64,000 nt of DNA from Convolutriloba macropyga (taxonomy: Eukaryota), in contig NC_134468.1 in the NCBI RefSeq assembly GCF_964194025.1, positions 70,308,001 through 70,372,000 on the forward strand, read 5' to 3'. The notes under the pieces are model-generated. The model ran no database searches and had not been told where the DNA came from. It was given only the letters and a program-made list of their open reading frames with translations. Both the position numbers and the translations under genes were made by a program. This document shows positions 46,300-58,785 of the stretch, in pieces (position 1 is the first letter of the stretch; each line of letters begins with the position of its first letter).

Positions 46300-49200
46300 C
46301 GACTGTGGACAGCAGCCACTTAAAGGTAATTTACTTTTCACTATCTGCATTCTCAGTGGCCCCTTTAGGTTCCACCGGGAGAGCGGCTCAGGTTTTTGTT
46401 TGTAAAGGTTCCTTTAGGCGCCACAGCAAATAAAATTATTTAGTGTAAATTTTTCTGGCCTTAGTTGGTGAGCAACTATATGTTTACTCAAAGACTCCTT
46501 TAGGCGCCACCGAGTAAACAGCTTGTTTATTTTGCACAGGACCCTTTAGGTGCCATCGCAGGAAATTATATTTGTTTGATTTGGTCTGCTTAATTTCTTC
46601 TGAACATTCAATCTGCCCACTCCAACATTACAAAACATCCCTGCCACAACAAGAAAAAATTGCAAAAATCGCAAGAAAACCATAAATTCGTAAAAAGAGT
46701 ATCAGTGTGTTTCCTGCAGCGCCCAGATGCACTTGACTCCTGACTGCACAACACTTTTGCCTGTAGCAATAAACGGAATCCGAGAATTCGAAGTGAATGC
46801 CGTTGTGCAATGCATGCGTTGAGAACAAAGAACCTGATAGATTCATCAGAGGCAAAGCACTTGCATCAATGAACAAAAGGTTGAAAGAGAAGTTGAGCGC
46901 CAAGCTCGACAACCTTGACGTAGGAGAAAAGTTGAAATATAAGGAGCAGAGACTGACCAACCTTGTTGATGAAAAAATTGGAAATGCATTGAAGAAGACA
47001 TGCGAGAAGGTCGAGCAGGCCTATTCGGCTGTTGTAGTTGTAGGGAAATTTAGAGAAAACTTTGAGAAATCAGTGAAACCGAAAATGAGAGCTAAGTTGC
47101 ATTACAGCCCAAAGTTATGCTTTCGTATACAAGGGGCAAAAATACCCTGCAAAGTCAAAATTTGAAAACTTTGTCACCACTACTGAAAAATTGAAAAAAG
47201 TACTGAAGCTAATTGACGTGAAACCCGAAATTACAGTTATTATGCGATGATGAAATTGTGATAAAGACAGGGAAAAACCGAGGACGGTTTTGGTAATGCT
47301 ATCAAACGAGTTTGATACGAGATTGATGTTGTTTCGATGTAGAAACAACCATGATACTTTTAAGCAAAAAGCTGTTTTAGTGCTGCCAGCTTTGTGCGAT
47401 AATGAAATCTTTAAAAAAACCACACCCTGAAGAAGAGAAGAGAGTTGCTGAATGAAGGTGTTCCCAGAGAAAAATTGAGACTAACGAATCTTGAGCTATG
47501 CAACGTTGACCTGAAAGTGGACCTCTCTACCGAATCTTGTCAGCCTCAGGCTTGAATAGGATTCTTGAACATCCTCCAGCTGAATACACGACGTTTAGTA
47601 AATGTTGAAAGAAGAGCAAAAATAGCAAAGGCCGTTTTCTTAAACGAGTTCAATATCATCTGTTTGTGCGAAACATGGTTAAACGAGAAGATCCATAGTT
47701 CAGAATTAATGCTGAATGATTATTGTATTTTTCGTGCAGATCGGCCGAGCCAAGATTAAAGGATTTGCCATGGAAGTAGTCTTATTGCGGTAAAAAACAC
47801 GCTTGGAAGCAAGAAAATCACCACCAATCTACCTGGGTCGTGCGTCAGTTATACTGTGAAAATTCAGTGCTTTGAAGTTGTTATTTTTTCTTTTTATAAT
47901 CATCCAAAGCAAAACTCCTTTCGATGTGAAGCAGAAGATTTTAAATTGCTCTTGAAGAAAATCCCGAAAAACAAAACCCTATTTGTTTGTGGAGACGTGA
48001 GTTTCCCAGAAACAAATTGGCTCACGATGAGTAGCAGGGACTCATATGAACAGGAAACTTTAGACATTTTTGACGACCAATTGTTCTGCCAGGCCATCGG
48101 CTTCCCAACATGCAAGCACAACATTCTGGATGTGACTTTTTGCAAAAACTCTTTAGTCACTGCAAACCTCAGCCGAATGTTTTGTTTGTATATGATTTCT
48201 TGGATCACGAAGCAATTCACCTTTCGGTTAAATGTCCCGTTCAAGTTGCAAAACCAGTGCTTAAAGTTTTTCACAGCTTCGGAAGTGCTGATTTCAGTGA
48301 AATAAATTCTTATCTATCGGCAAATTCATTCCTACCCAAATGTTTTACAAACATTGAAAACACCAGTTAAGAATTCTATTCTTTTTTTCATCTGTCATTA
48401 AATTTTTATACCGCTATGAACAAAGCATCGACAATCCTTTCCACCTTGGATCACAGCGTTTACTTCAAATCTTATGAAAAGGTTAAAAACTCTAAGAGAA
48501 CTTTTGACTCGACGTCCCAGTAGTTACCGAAAACAACTTGTATTAAAACTTGAGAATGAACTGGCTGATTCTGCAGAGCAGGACAAAAAAAACTATCAAG
48601 AAAACTAACGCAAGGGCGCAACACTCATTCTACTTTCAAGCACCTTAAAAGCTTGAACAATTTCTCATATCTTCCTAAATTGATGGACAGGGGAAAAAGT
48701 CAAATGCTCTGCTATAGTCAGGAAAGCAAATTTGATAAATGAATTTTTCCCTTCAGTGTTTTCGTCAAAACAGAACTTCGGTATTGAAGATATTCGCACT
48801 AAAAATCCAACAATGACAAATTTTTGCGTCTCGAAGAAGTAAACCAGTGAATTTTTACCGTTCTTAGATGTCTCGAAGTCTCGTGGCACAGATGGTATAC
48901 CACTGTCTTTTTTCCATTAAACCGCTAGAAACATCATCAAATGTCTCAGGAAAATTCCAGAAAAAATTGAAGTTGCTCGTGTAACCCCAATTCACAAATA
49001 AGGAAATCGAAAAGTTGTAGACAATTACAAACAAGTCTCGCTGGCTGCTGAACATAGTCAAATGTTCTCAAAAAATGTTCTCGAAAAATGCATATACTCA
49101 AGTCTGTATAAGCATTTTGTGAAATTGACATGCAAGCAACAGCATGGTTTTGTTCAGAGAAAATCAGTTTTGTCTAATATGCTCAAGTTCCTGCAGCAGA

Positions 49201-50415
49201 TATATGAGGCTATTGACAAGAATTCCAAAACTAAAATTGTTGCTGTGTATACTGACTTTGCCAAGGCCTTTGACAAAAATCCTCATTTTGAGCTGTTGAG
49301 GACAGTTGCCGATATTGGCATCGGTGATTGTCTTCTGGAAATTCTGTTCGACTACCTGAAGGATTGAAAGCAGTTTGTGCGAGTGGACAATGTAAGCTCT
49401 GAAGTACTAGAAGTAACAAATGGAGTACCGCAAGGCTCTCTTTCGGGTCCACTGCTGTTATGTATTTTTATGAACGATCTGCCCGATGTGCTTTTCTTTG
49501 CACAGCCCTTCCGTTTTGCTGATGATCTGAGTTATTGTCCTTGGGAAATACTTTTTTGGAATTCCCAGGACAACCTGTATGCGGTAGAGAGATTGGTAAT
49601 GCGAAACAAAACGTGTTCGCAGATAACGTTCCAAGGCATCTCAAATCAAATGAAACTTCTTGGCGGGAAAATCGATAGCAAACAAGCTATCAAAGACCTT
49701 GGTGTCACAGTGCAAAAAAATCTTTCTTGGAGTCTTCAGGTTGACACAGGAATTTGTAAGGCGAACCAAGTCCCTTATATGTTGAGAAGAAATGTCCAAT
49801 GTTGAGAAGAAATGTCCATGTGAAAGTCTGAATGAGCGTAAAATTGGGTCTTTATAAATCACTCGTTCTTCCGGTTCTACTGTACGGCTTTAACTGTGTT
49901 TCGCCGTCACGCAGAGATCTCAATGAACTTTAAAGAGTTCAAAGAAAGGTATTAAAATGGATCACCGAGAGTGAGAAATGAACTATCTCGACCAATTGAG
50001 ACTGTTGAATATTCTTCCACTGCCAATGTTTCTTCAACTGTCTGACGTATTGCTACGTGTGAAGCTAATAAAAGATGATAACTACGATCTGGTTCTGCCA
50101 GAGAGTCTGGACGAGGAGAGTCGACAGCTCTAGATTTTCAAATTGCCGAAGAGACGAACTGCGAGAGCACGAAACGATATTGTGTTTAGAACGTGCCGAG
50201 TCATCAATCGATTAGCCAAGTACACAGACGTTCTCCAGTCTACAAGACTAAAAAGTCGCATTCTCGAGATCATATGGAGATTTGTCAATGGAACATTTTG
50301 TGAAAGAAACATCTATACGTGGCAAATCGGCTGCGACTGCTCAACGTGTAGAAACAACCTGACAAGGGACCAGGTCCCACAGCCGTGACTGAAAATCCCC
50401 GGCAAGAACAACAGG
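46300..50415 (+). mobile_element. Near full-length decayed CR1-type LINE (PHD-containing ORF1, APE-RT ORF2)
   Basis: 5'UTR monomers cctttaggcgccac x4. ORF1 has CKN(C)..CVSC..H..C..CNAC and a coiled coil. ORF2 has NILQLN, IICLCETWL, CGDVSFP, QHGF, VYTDFAKAFD, GVPQGSLSGPLL, FADD, KDLGV and terminal CDCSTC. Ends in a 3' stem gccg..cggc followed by an aac-like tail. Confidence 0.9.
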
Positions 50416-50607
50416 TCCTAGAAACATAATTTGTTCTTGTTGGGCTCCCCAGATTATTGGGCATATAATTTTTACGTCCCTTTGCACATGTGCTTCTTTT
50501 ACTTACGTAAGGTGCTATATAACAACTCAGTGGGATTCATAAAAATGCTGGGGATTGAAATAGATTAGATCGAGAATTTTAATGATGAAATGCTCTTTCA
50601 GAATGAC

Positions 50608-50959
50608 ATGAATGTTCCACGTCATAAAAAAATTGTTCCCGAGATTGAGGGATTCGAAATTCCTTCTTGGGCTGGAAAACCATCATCAGGGTTGCATTTA
50701 GATGTTCTGAAAGACAAAGATGGCGAGGTCAAAATGATACAAAAAATGATGGTGGACGAGAAAAAGGCTTACTTCTTTGGACGAAACCCTCTCTACTGCG
50801 ACTTCACCATTGACCACGCCTCTTGTTCGAGAGTTCACGCTGTGCTGCTTTTCCACAAAAATCTCAACAAATCTTTTTTAGTTGATCTCAATAGTGCTCA
50901 CGGGACATTCATTGGGAAAGTCCGTTTGGAGGCTTTGAAACCTACTCAGATACATTTAG
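50608..50959 (+). CDS. PPP1R8: PPP1R8/NIPP1 (nuclear inhibitor of PP1) coding exon 1, FHA domain; alternative in-frame ATG at 50590
   Basis: FEIPSWAGKP..GLHLDVLK..YFFGRN..CDFTIDHASCSRVHA..LVDLNSAHGTFIG is the NIPP1 FHA domain. Donor g|gtaatt at 50959/50960. Confidence 0.93.
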
Positions 50960-51018
50960 GTAATTAATGTGTGATGAAGTCTGTTAAAATAACCGTTACC
51001 AGCTGTAACAGATGTTGC

Positions 51019-51126
51019 GGGTCTTTCCCATTATAGCCCCCAGCTTAGTGGTCAGATAACCTATAGCCCCCCCCCCCATCATGGTAAATATACCATAATG
51101 GGGGGGGGGGGGCTATAATGGGACCC
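51019..51126. mobile_element. ~108 bp MITE with 8-bp target-site duplication in PPP1R8 intron 1
   Basis: Begins gggtc(ttt)cccattatagcccc and ends ggggctataatgggaccc. Flanked by gatgttgc on both sides (51011-51018, 51127-51134). Confidence 0.85.
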
Positions 51127-51241
51127 GATGTTGCTTATACATTTTTTTTTCAAGGAGGGGCTTATAAATACCAGCCTTGAAGGGTGGGATAAAATTTAGG
51201 CAATTTTTAAGTGCATCAACTTATCAGTCTCTGTTTCGCAG

Positions 51242-51515
51242 ATTCAACAATATCTTTCGGTGCTTCAACAAGACAGTATATTATTCGGGAACGACCGCAA
51301 GCCATGCCAGCTGAAGACCACCGTCCAGAAGACGTCGCTAACTTAACTGGTCTGGCACGTTTTGGACTGCCACAAGACGAATCGGCTCTAGATAACTTAA
51401 CAGAGTACAACACAGCACATAATAAAAGAGTAACAATTTTGAGTGGAGTTGACGAAAATAGCTCTAGCGAAGGACCAGCTGCGAAGAAAGCCAGGTTTAT
51501 TGGTGTGCGTTTCAG
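51242..51515 (+). CDS. PPP1R8: PPP1R8/NIPP1 coding exon 2
   Basis: Acceptor tttcgcag. DSTISFGASTRQYIIRERP..GLPQDESALDNLTEYNTAHNKR. Donor ag|gtacgt. Confidence 0.93.
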
Positions 51516-52589
51516 GTACGTTAGGGTGTTCTTTGCTACATTAATTTTAGTACTGTTGTTCTCGTACCGTTTTGTCACATCATTCTTGATATATCTCATG
51601 CGATTTGTTGCTAAATTAGTTTACACCCAAATGGGTTTCAACTTAGAGTTGGATCACATTGTTCAGCAATTTTGAGAATTGTTTAATTTTTGCAAGTATA
51701 TTTGCGCCCTAGAAAGTTTGCTATCCATAAGTGTGCTCGCAAGATAGGTGGGACATCGTGTGCCCACCCAAGATTCATAATCAAGTATTTTTCTGAAAAT
51801 GATCATTTTATACATCCATTTGATATTTCGTTCTGTATATTTCTTTCCTAACTTAATATTTATTTCTGTATTTTTCGTCAAATAGCATGAGTTCATTTGT
51901 CTAACTGAAACGAATTTCTCGGAACCTATACGAATTTTAAGAATTTCCTCAATTGTTCCGAAAATACACACAGTCAAAATAAATTCAGAATAGATAATGG
52001 GAGTAAACAACTTTATACTAGCCTCATTTTTTGGTTAGCCAATTTTGGTGTATTGGTATCATCTGCGGAGACATATAAATGTGGTACCATTAAACAGCAC
52101 TTAAAAACAGCAGATTATTCAAGAGATATGCTCAGTTCAGCTCTTTAAGGTTAAAACGAAGAAAAAATTATATCGAAAACTTCAAATTGATCTTACTACT
52201 TTTGGGGGAAAAGATTTTAAAGTCATCTGAGAACACAGTCCGTCATAAATGGTTAGTTAGGCGATCTTAATGTTAAGGCAAGATCTGCCAAAAAGCAGAG
52301 ATGATTTTTTAATCTAGACCAGCTCTGAGAGCACTTACCCACCTTTGTTTGATTAGTCATTCTAAGTTGGTCGAACATCCGTCAATTTTCCCAATCCAAT
52401 TTGTTTCGCTGAATTTTTTTCAGAAATTTTACATCAAATAATGAAGACAATTGAAGTATAATTTGGAGAAGTGTTTAGTATAATCTGTTGTTAAATTTTC
52501 TGAAGCGTCATCGGATCAGTTGTAGTATGAGGTGCCTTTGCATGCGTTTGGCGAACAGTGCAAATGGAAGAGGAAAGCACTGTAGATCT

Positions 52590-53740
52590 CCGATTTTCAG
52601 TGGCTTTTGTACGAAGTCTGAAGCAATTATATTAGTGTTGTTGGTCTTTTTATGCGATTCTTCGTACTACCACTTTTTTCCGTCAGACCACTTGAAAGAT
52701 TTTCCCCACTGAGTTCTCTTAGAACCTTACTGCTCACTAGCCTCTGTGTATGCAATTTAACAAAGCTATTTAGCAGACATAAATTAATGATGCAAAGGGC
52801 GGTTCTTAGAGTTCAACCTAAATCCCACCTCCTTCACACATCCACCCACCACTTCAACCACCCGGCCGTTCGACCTTTCCCCCCGAATTAAGCGAAAGCT
52901 GGTCTCTACGAACTGCAGCTAGCTACTGACGAAGGCAACCACTCGCCATTTGTTTGAGAGCAATTAGCATGATGTTAATCAGTTATATTTTAAATTTCTA
53001 ATCAAAGTTGAACCTCACTATAATTCTGATTTCAGTTTTTGAAAATCATTTACATTGGACTGGGAAGTTAGAGTACATAAATGGGACTCTAGGGAGGATA
53101 AAAATTGCAGCTAAATAATAACCGTAAGTTAAAGATTTTCAAATGAAAGATTTGATTAGATAATAATTGTTATTAATTGCTCTCGAACGAAGCTTCGAAG
53201 CAATTATTGTAAACGTGTTGGTCTTTTTTATGCCAAGTTTTTGCTTGACCGTTTTGACTTTTCGGGTGACTTCTCCGCCCTTGACTTTTTTGTTTTGCGT
53301 GATTTAAAATTCTCTCTCATTCACAATTCCCAAGTATCAGCAGCTGAAATCAAGTGGAGGCAGTTCACTACTCAGTCAGATGAAAATTGTGCCGAAATTG
53401 GAGTATTTCTTACTTTAAGTTTTATTAGTGATTATAATAACCTCTCATGACGTAGTTTGAAGCCGCCTTAATGATTTTAGTTACTCCTCCCCCTCTCGCA
53501 ATTTAAGCAGACTGCAATAGATTCCACCTCTCACTGCTCGTTAGAGAGCAATTCTTTCTACGTTAGTTGCTTATGTTTTTTAATTGCTCTTGAACGAAAT
53601 TTGAGGCTATAATTGTAAACGCATGGGTCTTTTTTATGCGAAATTTTTGCTTGACTGTATTTTTCTAGAATATATTTTTTGGTTTCATTTCTCGAGTGAC
53701 TTTCTCGCGCTTGACGTCTTGATTTTATCGTGACCTAAAT
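52590..53740. repeat. Dispersed repeat family remnants in PPP1R8 intron 2, related to 56560-57430
   Basis: Shared blocks: gcaattat..ggtcttttt(t)atg..gcttgac (52621, 53198, 53607, 56605) and agggcggttctta..gtttgagagcaatt (52795-52965, 57185-57405). Confidence 0.55.
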
Positions 53741-54593
53741 TGCTTTTATTCGGAATTTAAGCTTGTTGCGTAAATATAACCGATTGTAAGATAAGCTATT
53801 ACAAGGACCTAATAGCCGAGGGTTTAGAGCTTCAGATTCTTACTCCGGAGGCTTGGGGTATGAAACCATTGGGGTGTTCGCTTGTTCTGGCAAGTCATAT
53901 CTTTATTTCAAACTGGAAACCTGCTTCTTTGCGTTAAAGGCACATAACTTTAGAATAACTTTTCTTAGGTTTTCCCAAGTCATCAAGTATCTCTTGTATC
54001 CATTTACAAGTCAAAAGCTATCAGCATTTAACCATTTTTCAAACCTGTCAAGTTCTAAAGATCATTTGTTTGTGTAACTTGTCGTGATGCTGTTTGCTTG
54101 TTTTTCTCACTGTTCAGAAATGAAATTTTGCTAACATATCAATTTTGTCTCTAATAGTTTTTTTGGCTGTAAATCAGTTTTTGGCCGAGAAGTTAAAGGC
54201 GTATATTTGTTGCAAATTATTGGTTTTGCTTGAAAGTTTTTCGATCAGGTTGTGATAATTTATCATCAAATTTGCTATCAAAATTTGATGATTTTACTAT
54301 TTTGGGTGGTGGCGGTCAAGCAAGCCGATAGGCAAGCAACCCGAATTTTGAAAATGAGGTCAATTAAGCCGAAAAATTTGGAGATACCCGTATTTTAAGT
54401 TGCCCCTGGCGGGCCGGTGGGCGCGCGCCGCGGCTTCGCCGCGATAACTGGCCCGTGATTTCCGGATTACATCCCACAGCGGATGAGAGGCATGGTCATG
54501 GAGGGGGGTTATGTTCTATGGTCGATATTATGGAGAATTTGGCTAGTTAAAGTATTGACTGTACAATGTATTACGATGACTTCAATTGTTTAG

Positions 54594-55032
54594 GGAAGAA
54601 GAGGATGTAATAAACCCTGAAGACATTGACCCAACAGTAGGAAAGTTCCGAAACCTAATCCAGACTGCAATAATTCCCAAAACCAGCTCCAAAGCACCTC
54701 AATCTGCTCTTTCACCAACTGCCTTAGAACCCAGCAGCCAGAACAACCACAACACTCAGCATCACATTCTACGACCTATAAAAGACGATTCGTTCAACTT
54801 ATATGCAGGACTTCTAGACAACCCTATCAGCTCAATCAGAATTAACTCAGCTCCAGATGTAGATCTGTCAGTAAAGCCGGACGCCGATGACCAAACATCA
54901 AATGTAGCGGGTGTCGGGCTAAACCAAGAGTCTCTTAATGAACTGGCCGGGAATGAACTTATGCCTAAGAAGAAGTATTTCCCAAAAGAAGCATGGCCGG
55001 GGCGGAAACCTACGGGTGGCATGGCCATTTAG
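54594..55032 (+). CDS. PPP1R8: PPP1R8/NIPP1 coding exon 3
   Basis: Acceptor ttgtttag, phase matches exon 2. EEEDVINPEDIDPTVGKFRNLIQT and C-terminal KKKYFPKEAWPGRKP are NIPP1 hallmarks. Confidence 0.93.
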
Positions 55033-55252
55033 AGCTGATGTTTTTGTTGCTTAAAGAGCATTTATGGTACTTCAGTTGTTCCAAAAATGGCCCTCACCAA
55101 ATGTTTGTCTAAAACTTATAGCTAATTTTTTTGTAGTTTTATATCTATATCATTTGTTATAGTTGTTTACTTGTGTTTTTTTTCCTCGGTAAATGGAATG
55201 AACGTTAATCATTATTGCAATAGCAGAGGAAATACGTTTAAGTATTCTAGAT

Positions 55253-56236
55253 ATGGATGATCAGGTTGATCGAACGCTCTATGTGGGAAACTTAGTTGAA
55301 CATGTGACTGAGGAGATTTTGTTCGAACTGTTCCTTCAAGCTGGGCCACTTGTCAACGTTGTGGTCAAAAGACCCAAAAACTCAAACAACAAATTTGCGT
55401 TCATCATTTACAAACATTCGCAATCAGTGCCATATGCAATTGAATTATTTAGAGATACCAGACTATATGGACGTACTTTGTCCATACGAGCCAGAATGGA
55501 ATCGAAACACGCGTCACCAGATAACGATACTTCAGATTTGACCCCCATTGACCTCCAACACAAAGTGCTTGAGTTCATTACGCAGAACCCAGAGGTCAAC
55601 TCAGATCTACAGTTTCCCGATCCAGAGCCAGATCGAAGTTCAAGATCTGCGTATAATAACCACCATCACGATGATGAAGACTCCTATGATCCGATGAGTA
55701 ATTTCTCCCTTCATTCAACTCCGAGTTACAATCATCATCAGGAAGCATCACAGTCAAGTTCTGGATTTCTGGACAACGATGAGTACGACCCTTATCAACC
55801 TTCGATCAGAGATCAAACTCCTCCTACGCTCAGCAGAACTGTGTCGAACAGCGCTAGACAGAGTAGTTTAAGCACCCTTGGTTCCTATTCCGTATCTTCA
55901 AGTATGCAACGACGTTTAGGTGGTCGCACTTCAGAACCAATGAGCGAGTACCCTCCTGTTCAGAAAGGCAGGCTATCAGAACAGTTCAACAGTTATGGCA
56001 AACGAAGATTCGGTGAAGAGGAAATGCTTCCTTATAACAATCGTCGCTATGACGATCAATCAGGATCAGGTTACAAGCAGCGAAAAGAGATGACCAGGAG
56101 TTACACACTACAGAACCCCTATGACAGGGAAGCGGGTTATGGCGAGCAGCAGGATATAATGCCACGATTTCAAAGATCAGTCAGCAACCAAGAGCGCCAC
56201 GGCCGACAGAACGCATATGGTCGTAGGCAGTACTAA
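55253..56236 (+). CDS. RBM7: RBM7/RBM11-family RRM protein (NEXT-complex subunit-like), single coding exon
   Basis: DRTLYVGNL..VTEEILFELFLQAGP..FAFI.YKH..SVPYAI.L..TRLYGR matches the RBM7/11 RRM. Followed by a low-complexity S/R/Y tail. Confidence 0.88.
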   Translation: MDDQVDRTLYVGNLVEHVTEEILFELFLQAGPLVNVVVKRPKNSNNKFAFIIYKHSQSVPYAIELFRDTRLYGRTLSIRARMESKHASPDNDTSDLTPIDLQHKVLEFITQNPEVNSDLQFPDPEPDRSSRSAYNNHHHDDEDSYDPMSNFSLHSTPSYNHHQEASQSSSGFLDNDEYDPYQPSIRDQTPPTLSRTVSNSARQSSLSTLGSYSVSSSMQRRLGGRTSEPMSEYPPVQKGRLSEQFNSYGKRRFGEEEMLPYNNRRYDDQSGSGYKQRKEMTRSYTLQNPYDREAGYGEQQDIMPRFQRSVSNQERHGRQNAYGRRQY

Positions 56237-58785
56237 TTTTTGTTTCTGAAACATTCATGTTTTGTTTTTCTGAGCGTTATTTAATTGTCCCGTAAATTCA
56301 ACGATCTTAGATGTGCTATCTTTTTTAAGCTTAAGATGATTTCTTAAGGAAAATTGTTCAGGGAAAATCTTAGGTTCAATCGTAGTAATGCAGATTCGTA
56401 ATCGCTTGGTATTGCAGGTTTTGAGCCATCAGTGAGTACCAAGAGTGAATAGATTGGTACTATCGGACTTTCTTCACGCCTATTATCTGCCAATTACATC
56501 TTTTGGAGTAACTTAAACGAAGTTTGTATTAATTATTTAGGCAACATTTGGAATGATTGGATTACCGTTTTTGGAGTGTTTAATTGCCCTCAAACGAAGT
56601 TTGTAGCAATTATATTAGTCGTGTGGTCTTTTTTATTTGATTTTTCGCTTGACCGGTTTTTCGTCTGACCTATTTGACTTTTGTTTTTCAAAAACGGGAT
56701 AAACAGCTAGCGCTCGCAGGACATTGTTCGCAGAACCCAGAATACGATGTCATCGGTCACTAAAACTTCGAGGCAGAGAGCTTAGTTTGAAAGTTTGAAT
56801 TAGAGATTAGAGTTTGAAAATTAGACGTTACTTCTTGAATCAAAACGCAAAAATAATCGGCTGTGAAATAAAGAATTGTTTATTTCAACTCCTGTATTTT
56901 TAACAAAAAATATTTCACTAATCTGTAAATTGTACTCTAACTTCAGTTTCAAATGAAATTCAACACTTTCGTACCCTTTGGTTCTCTAAATTTTGATAGA
57001 ACAAAATCTTGGTCCACTCGGGCCTCATGCCCATCACTCCGGCGCAAGCGCCATTGTGTCAGGGCACTAAGTCCCTCGAGCGACTAAGGTTTTGTTCTAA
57101 CACATACTTAGAACCTTAGGCCTTACTATTCTCTTAAGAACGCAATTCACCAAAACTGTTTTAAGGGACAATTTCATGGTGTGAAGGGCGGTTCTTAATC
57201 TTAAAATTTTGACCCACATCAGTCACCCAGTCATCACCCCCATCCACCCCCCCCCCCCAATACTCCCATTTTCACCCTCCACATGTCGATTTGAACCCCC
57301 TGTTGTCTAGCCTACCCCACAACGTTCCCCCGCCCTTACTAAAGCTAGCATCCCTAAGCACAAGCGGTCTACTACCGAAGCCAGCCGGTCGTTTGAGAGC
57401 AATTCGCCCGACGTTAGTCTGTTATGTTTTATGTGTTATTTTTTTTACTGTGACTGAAAGTACAAATTATTCATGTGGAGTTTTGGCCCAACGGAGAAAA
57501 AGAAAATGAAATTGCAATTGCAAACATTTATTTGTTGAGCGAGTTAAGTTTTATCATCGGCGGTATGTTTTTGTTTGCTTTGATTTTTGTGATGTCTGTA
57601 ATTTATGGATACTCCGATAGATGAAAGCACAGGCATGCTTCTTTCCATATTTTCCGAAGAATTTGAACCTTTTTGCTGATGTGACTTTTTGCTGTTTGTT
57701 TTAAGCTTTTTATTAGTTGCAGCAAAGCTATTGTTTTAACTATCATTGGCTTTCTCTTGGTTTTTTTACAACTCAAAGAATTTTAATTGTATTGGTGCGC
57801 TTTATTTTAGTATCTGTCCGCATATTTTTGAAGTCAAGTAGGAGTACGGATTTTGGTCACATCGAAACAAGAAGCGGAGCGAAAAAGCGAGTGGTTTTGC
57901 GGCATGAAATTTTTTTGCTCTAAATTTAAAGTAGAGTGAGAAAACGGTGTTTGAACGAAAATTCGCTTTCTCGCTAGTGGTTTTTTGTTCACATGCGGCA
58001 ATTTCACTTTAATTTTTACTTTTTTTTTATTTTTTGGATCGGATTTTTTTGTAAATGGTTTTCCGAGTCTTTATCCGGTTTTTTTCTGAGTGCTTTTCCG
58101 AATCCATTATTAGCCTTTTTCAGACCATGTTTTCGTTGATAAGTTTGAATTGCAGTTCAGGACTTGTCGTCAAGATTTTTGATACGACCATATGGCGTCA
58201 CGATCCCTTCAGATCTTATTTTTGTTCATTCTTTCATGCAATTTCGACTGAACTGCGTGCATGTTGTCAATTTTCACTCTTAGTTGTGCGAGTTTTTTTT
58301 GTTCATTTGCATAATTAAGCTTTTTGTCACACGTGATTTACCCCACTATAATAAATGAATTTCATCGTTATCAAAATGACTTCTTTACTTCAATTCAAAG
58401 AGATAAGGTCCACTGAGTGTTGACTTTAATCCTAACGTTGAGCCAGCGTTTGATGAATGAAACTGCAAAATTAAGCTGCAAAATATTGTTATTCCATGTG
58501 AAAGTTAAAATGAGGTACTGTGATTATATATTATACTAAAATAATTCGACAATTTTCTTTACTTTTGGATTTCGAACGTTTAGGTGTTGCTTAAAACTAT
58601 ATCTATAAACAGAACAAAACTATATCTATTAACAGAAGAAAACTCAAAGATGCCTTCAACACCCGCCGATGTCACAAAGGCCTTGTTTGACGAAAGCGTT
58701 GGAAATCAACGTTTGCCTTTGTGTAACAATCAAGAACTTTAATTATCGCAGCTTTTGGATGAAATATTGACTTTCAGGTTTATGA

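Noticed and set aside
51216-55599. Minus-strand ORFs 51216-51599, 54762-55028 and 55408-55599
   Set aside because: Antisense shadows of PPP1R8 and RBM7 exons.
57540-58320. Possible minus-strand LINE ORF1 remnant
   Set aside because: Only compositional (coiled-coil-like) similarity, with no motif I can support.
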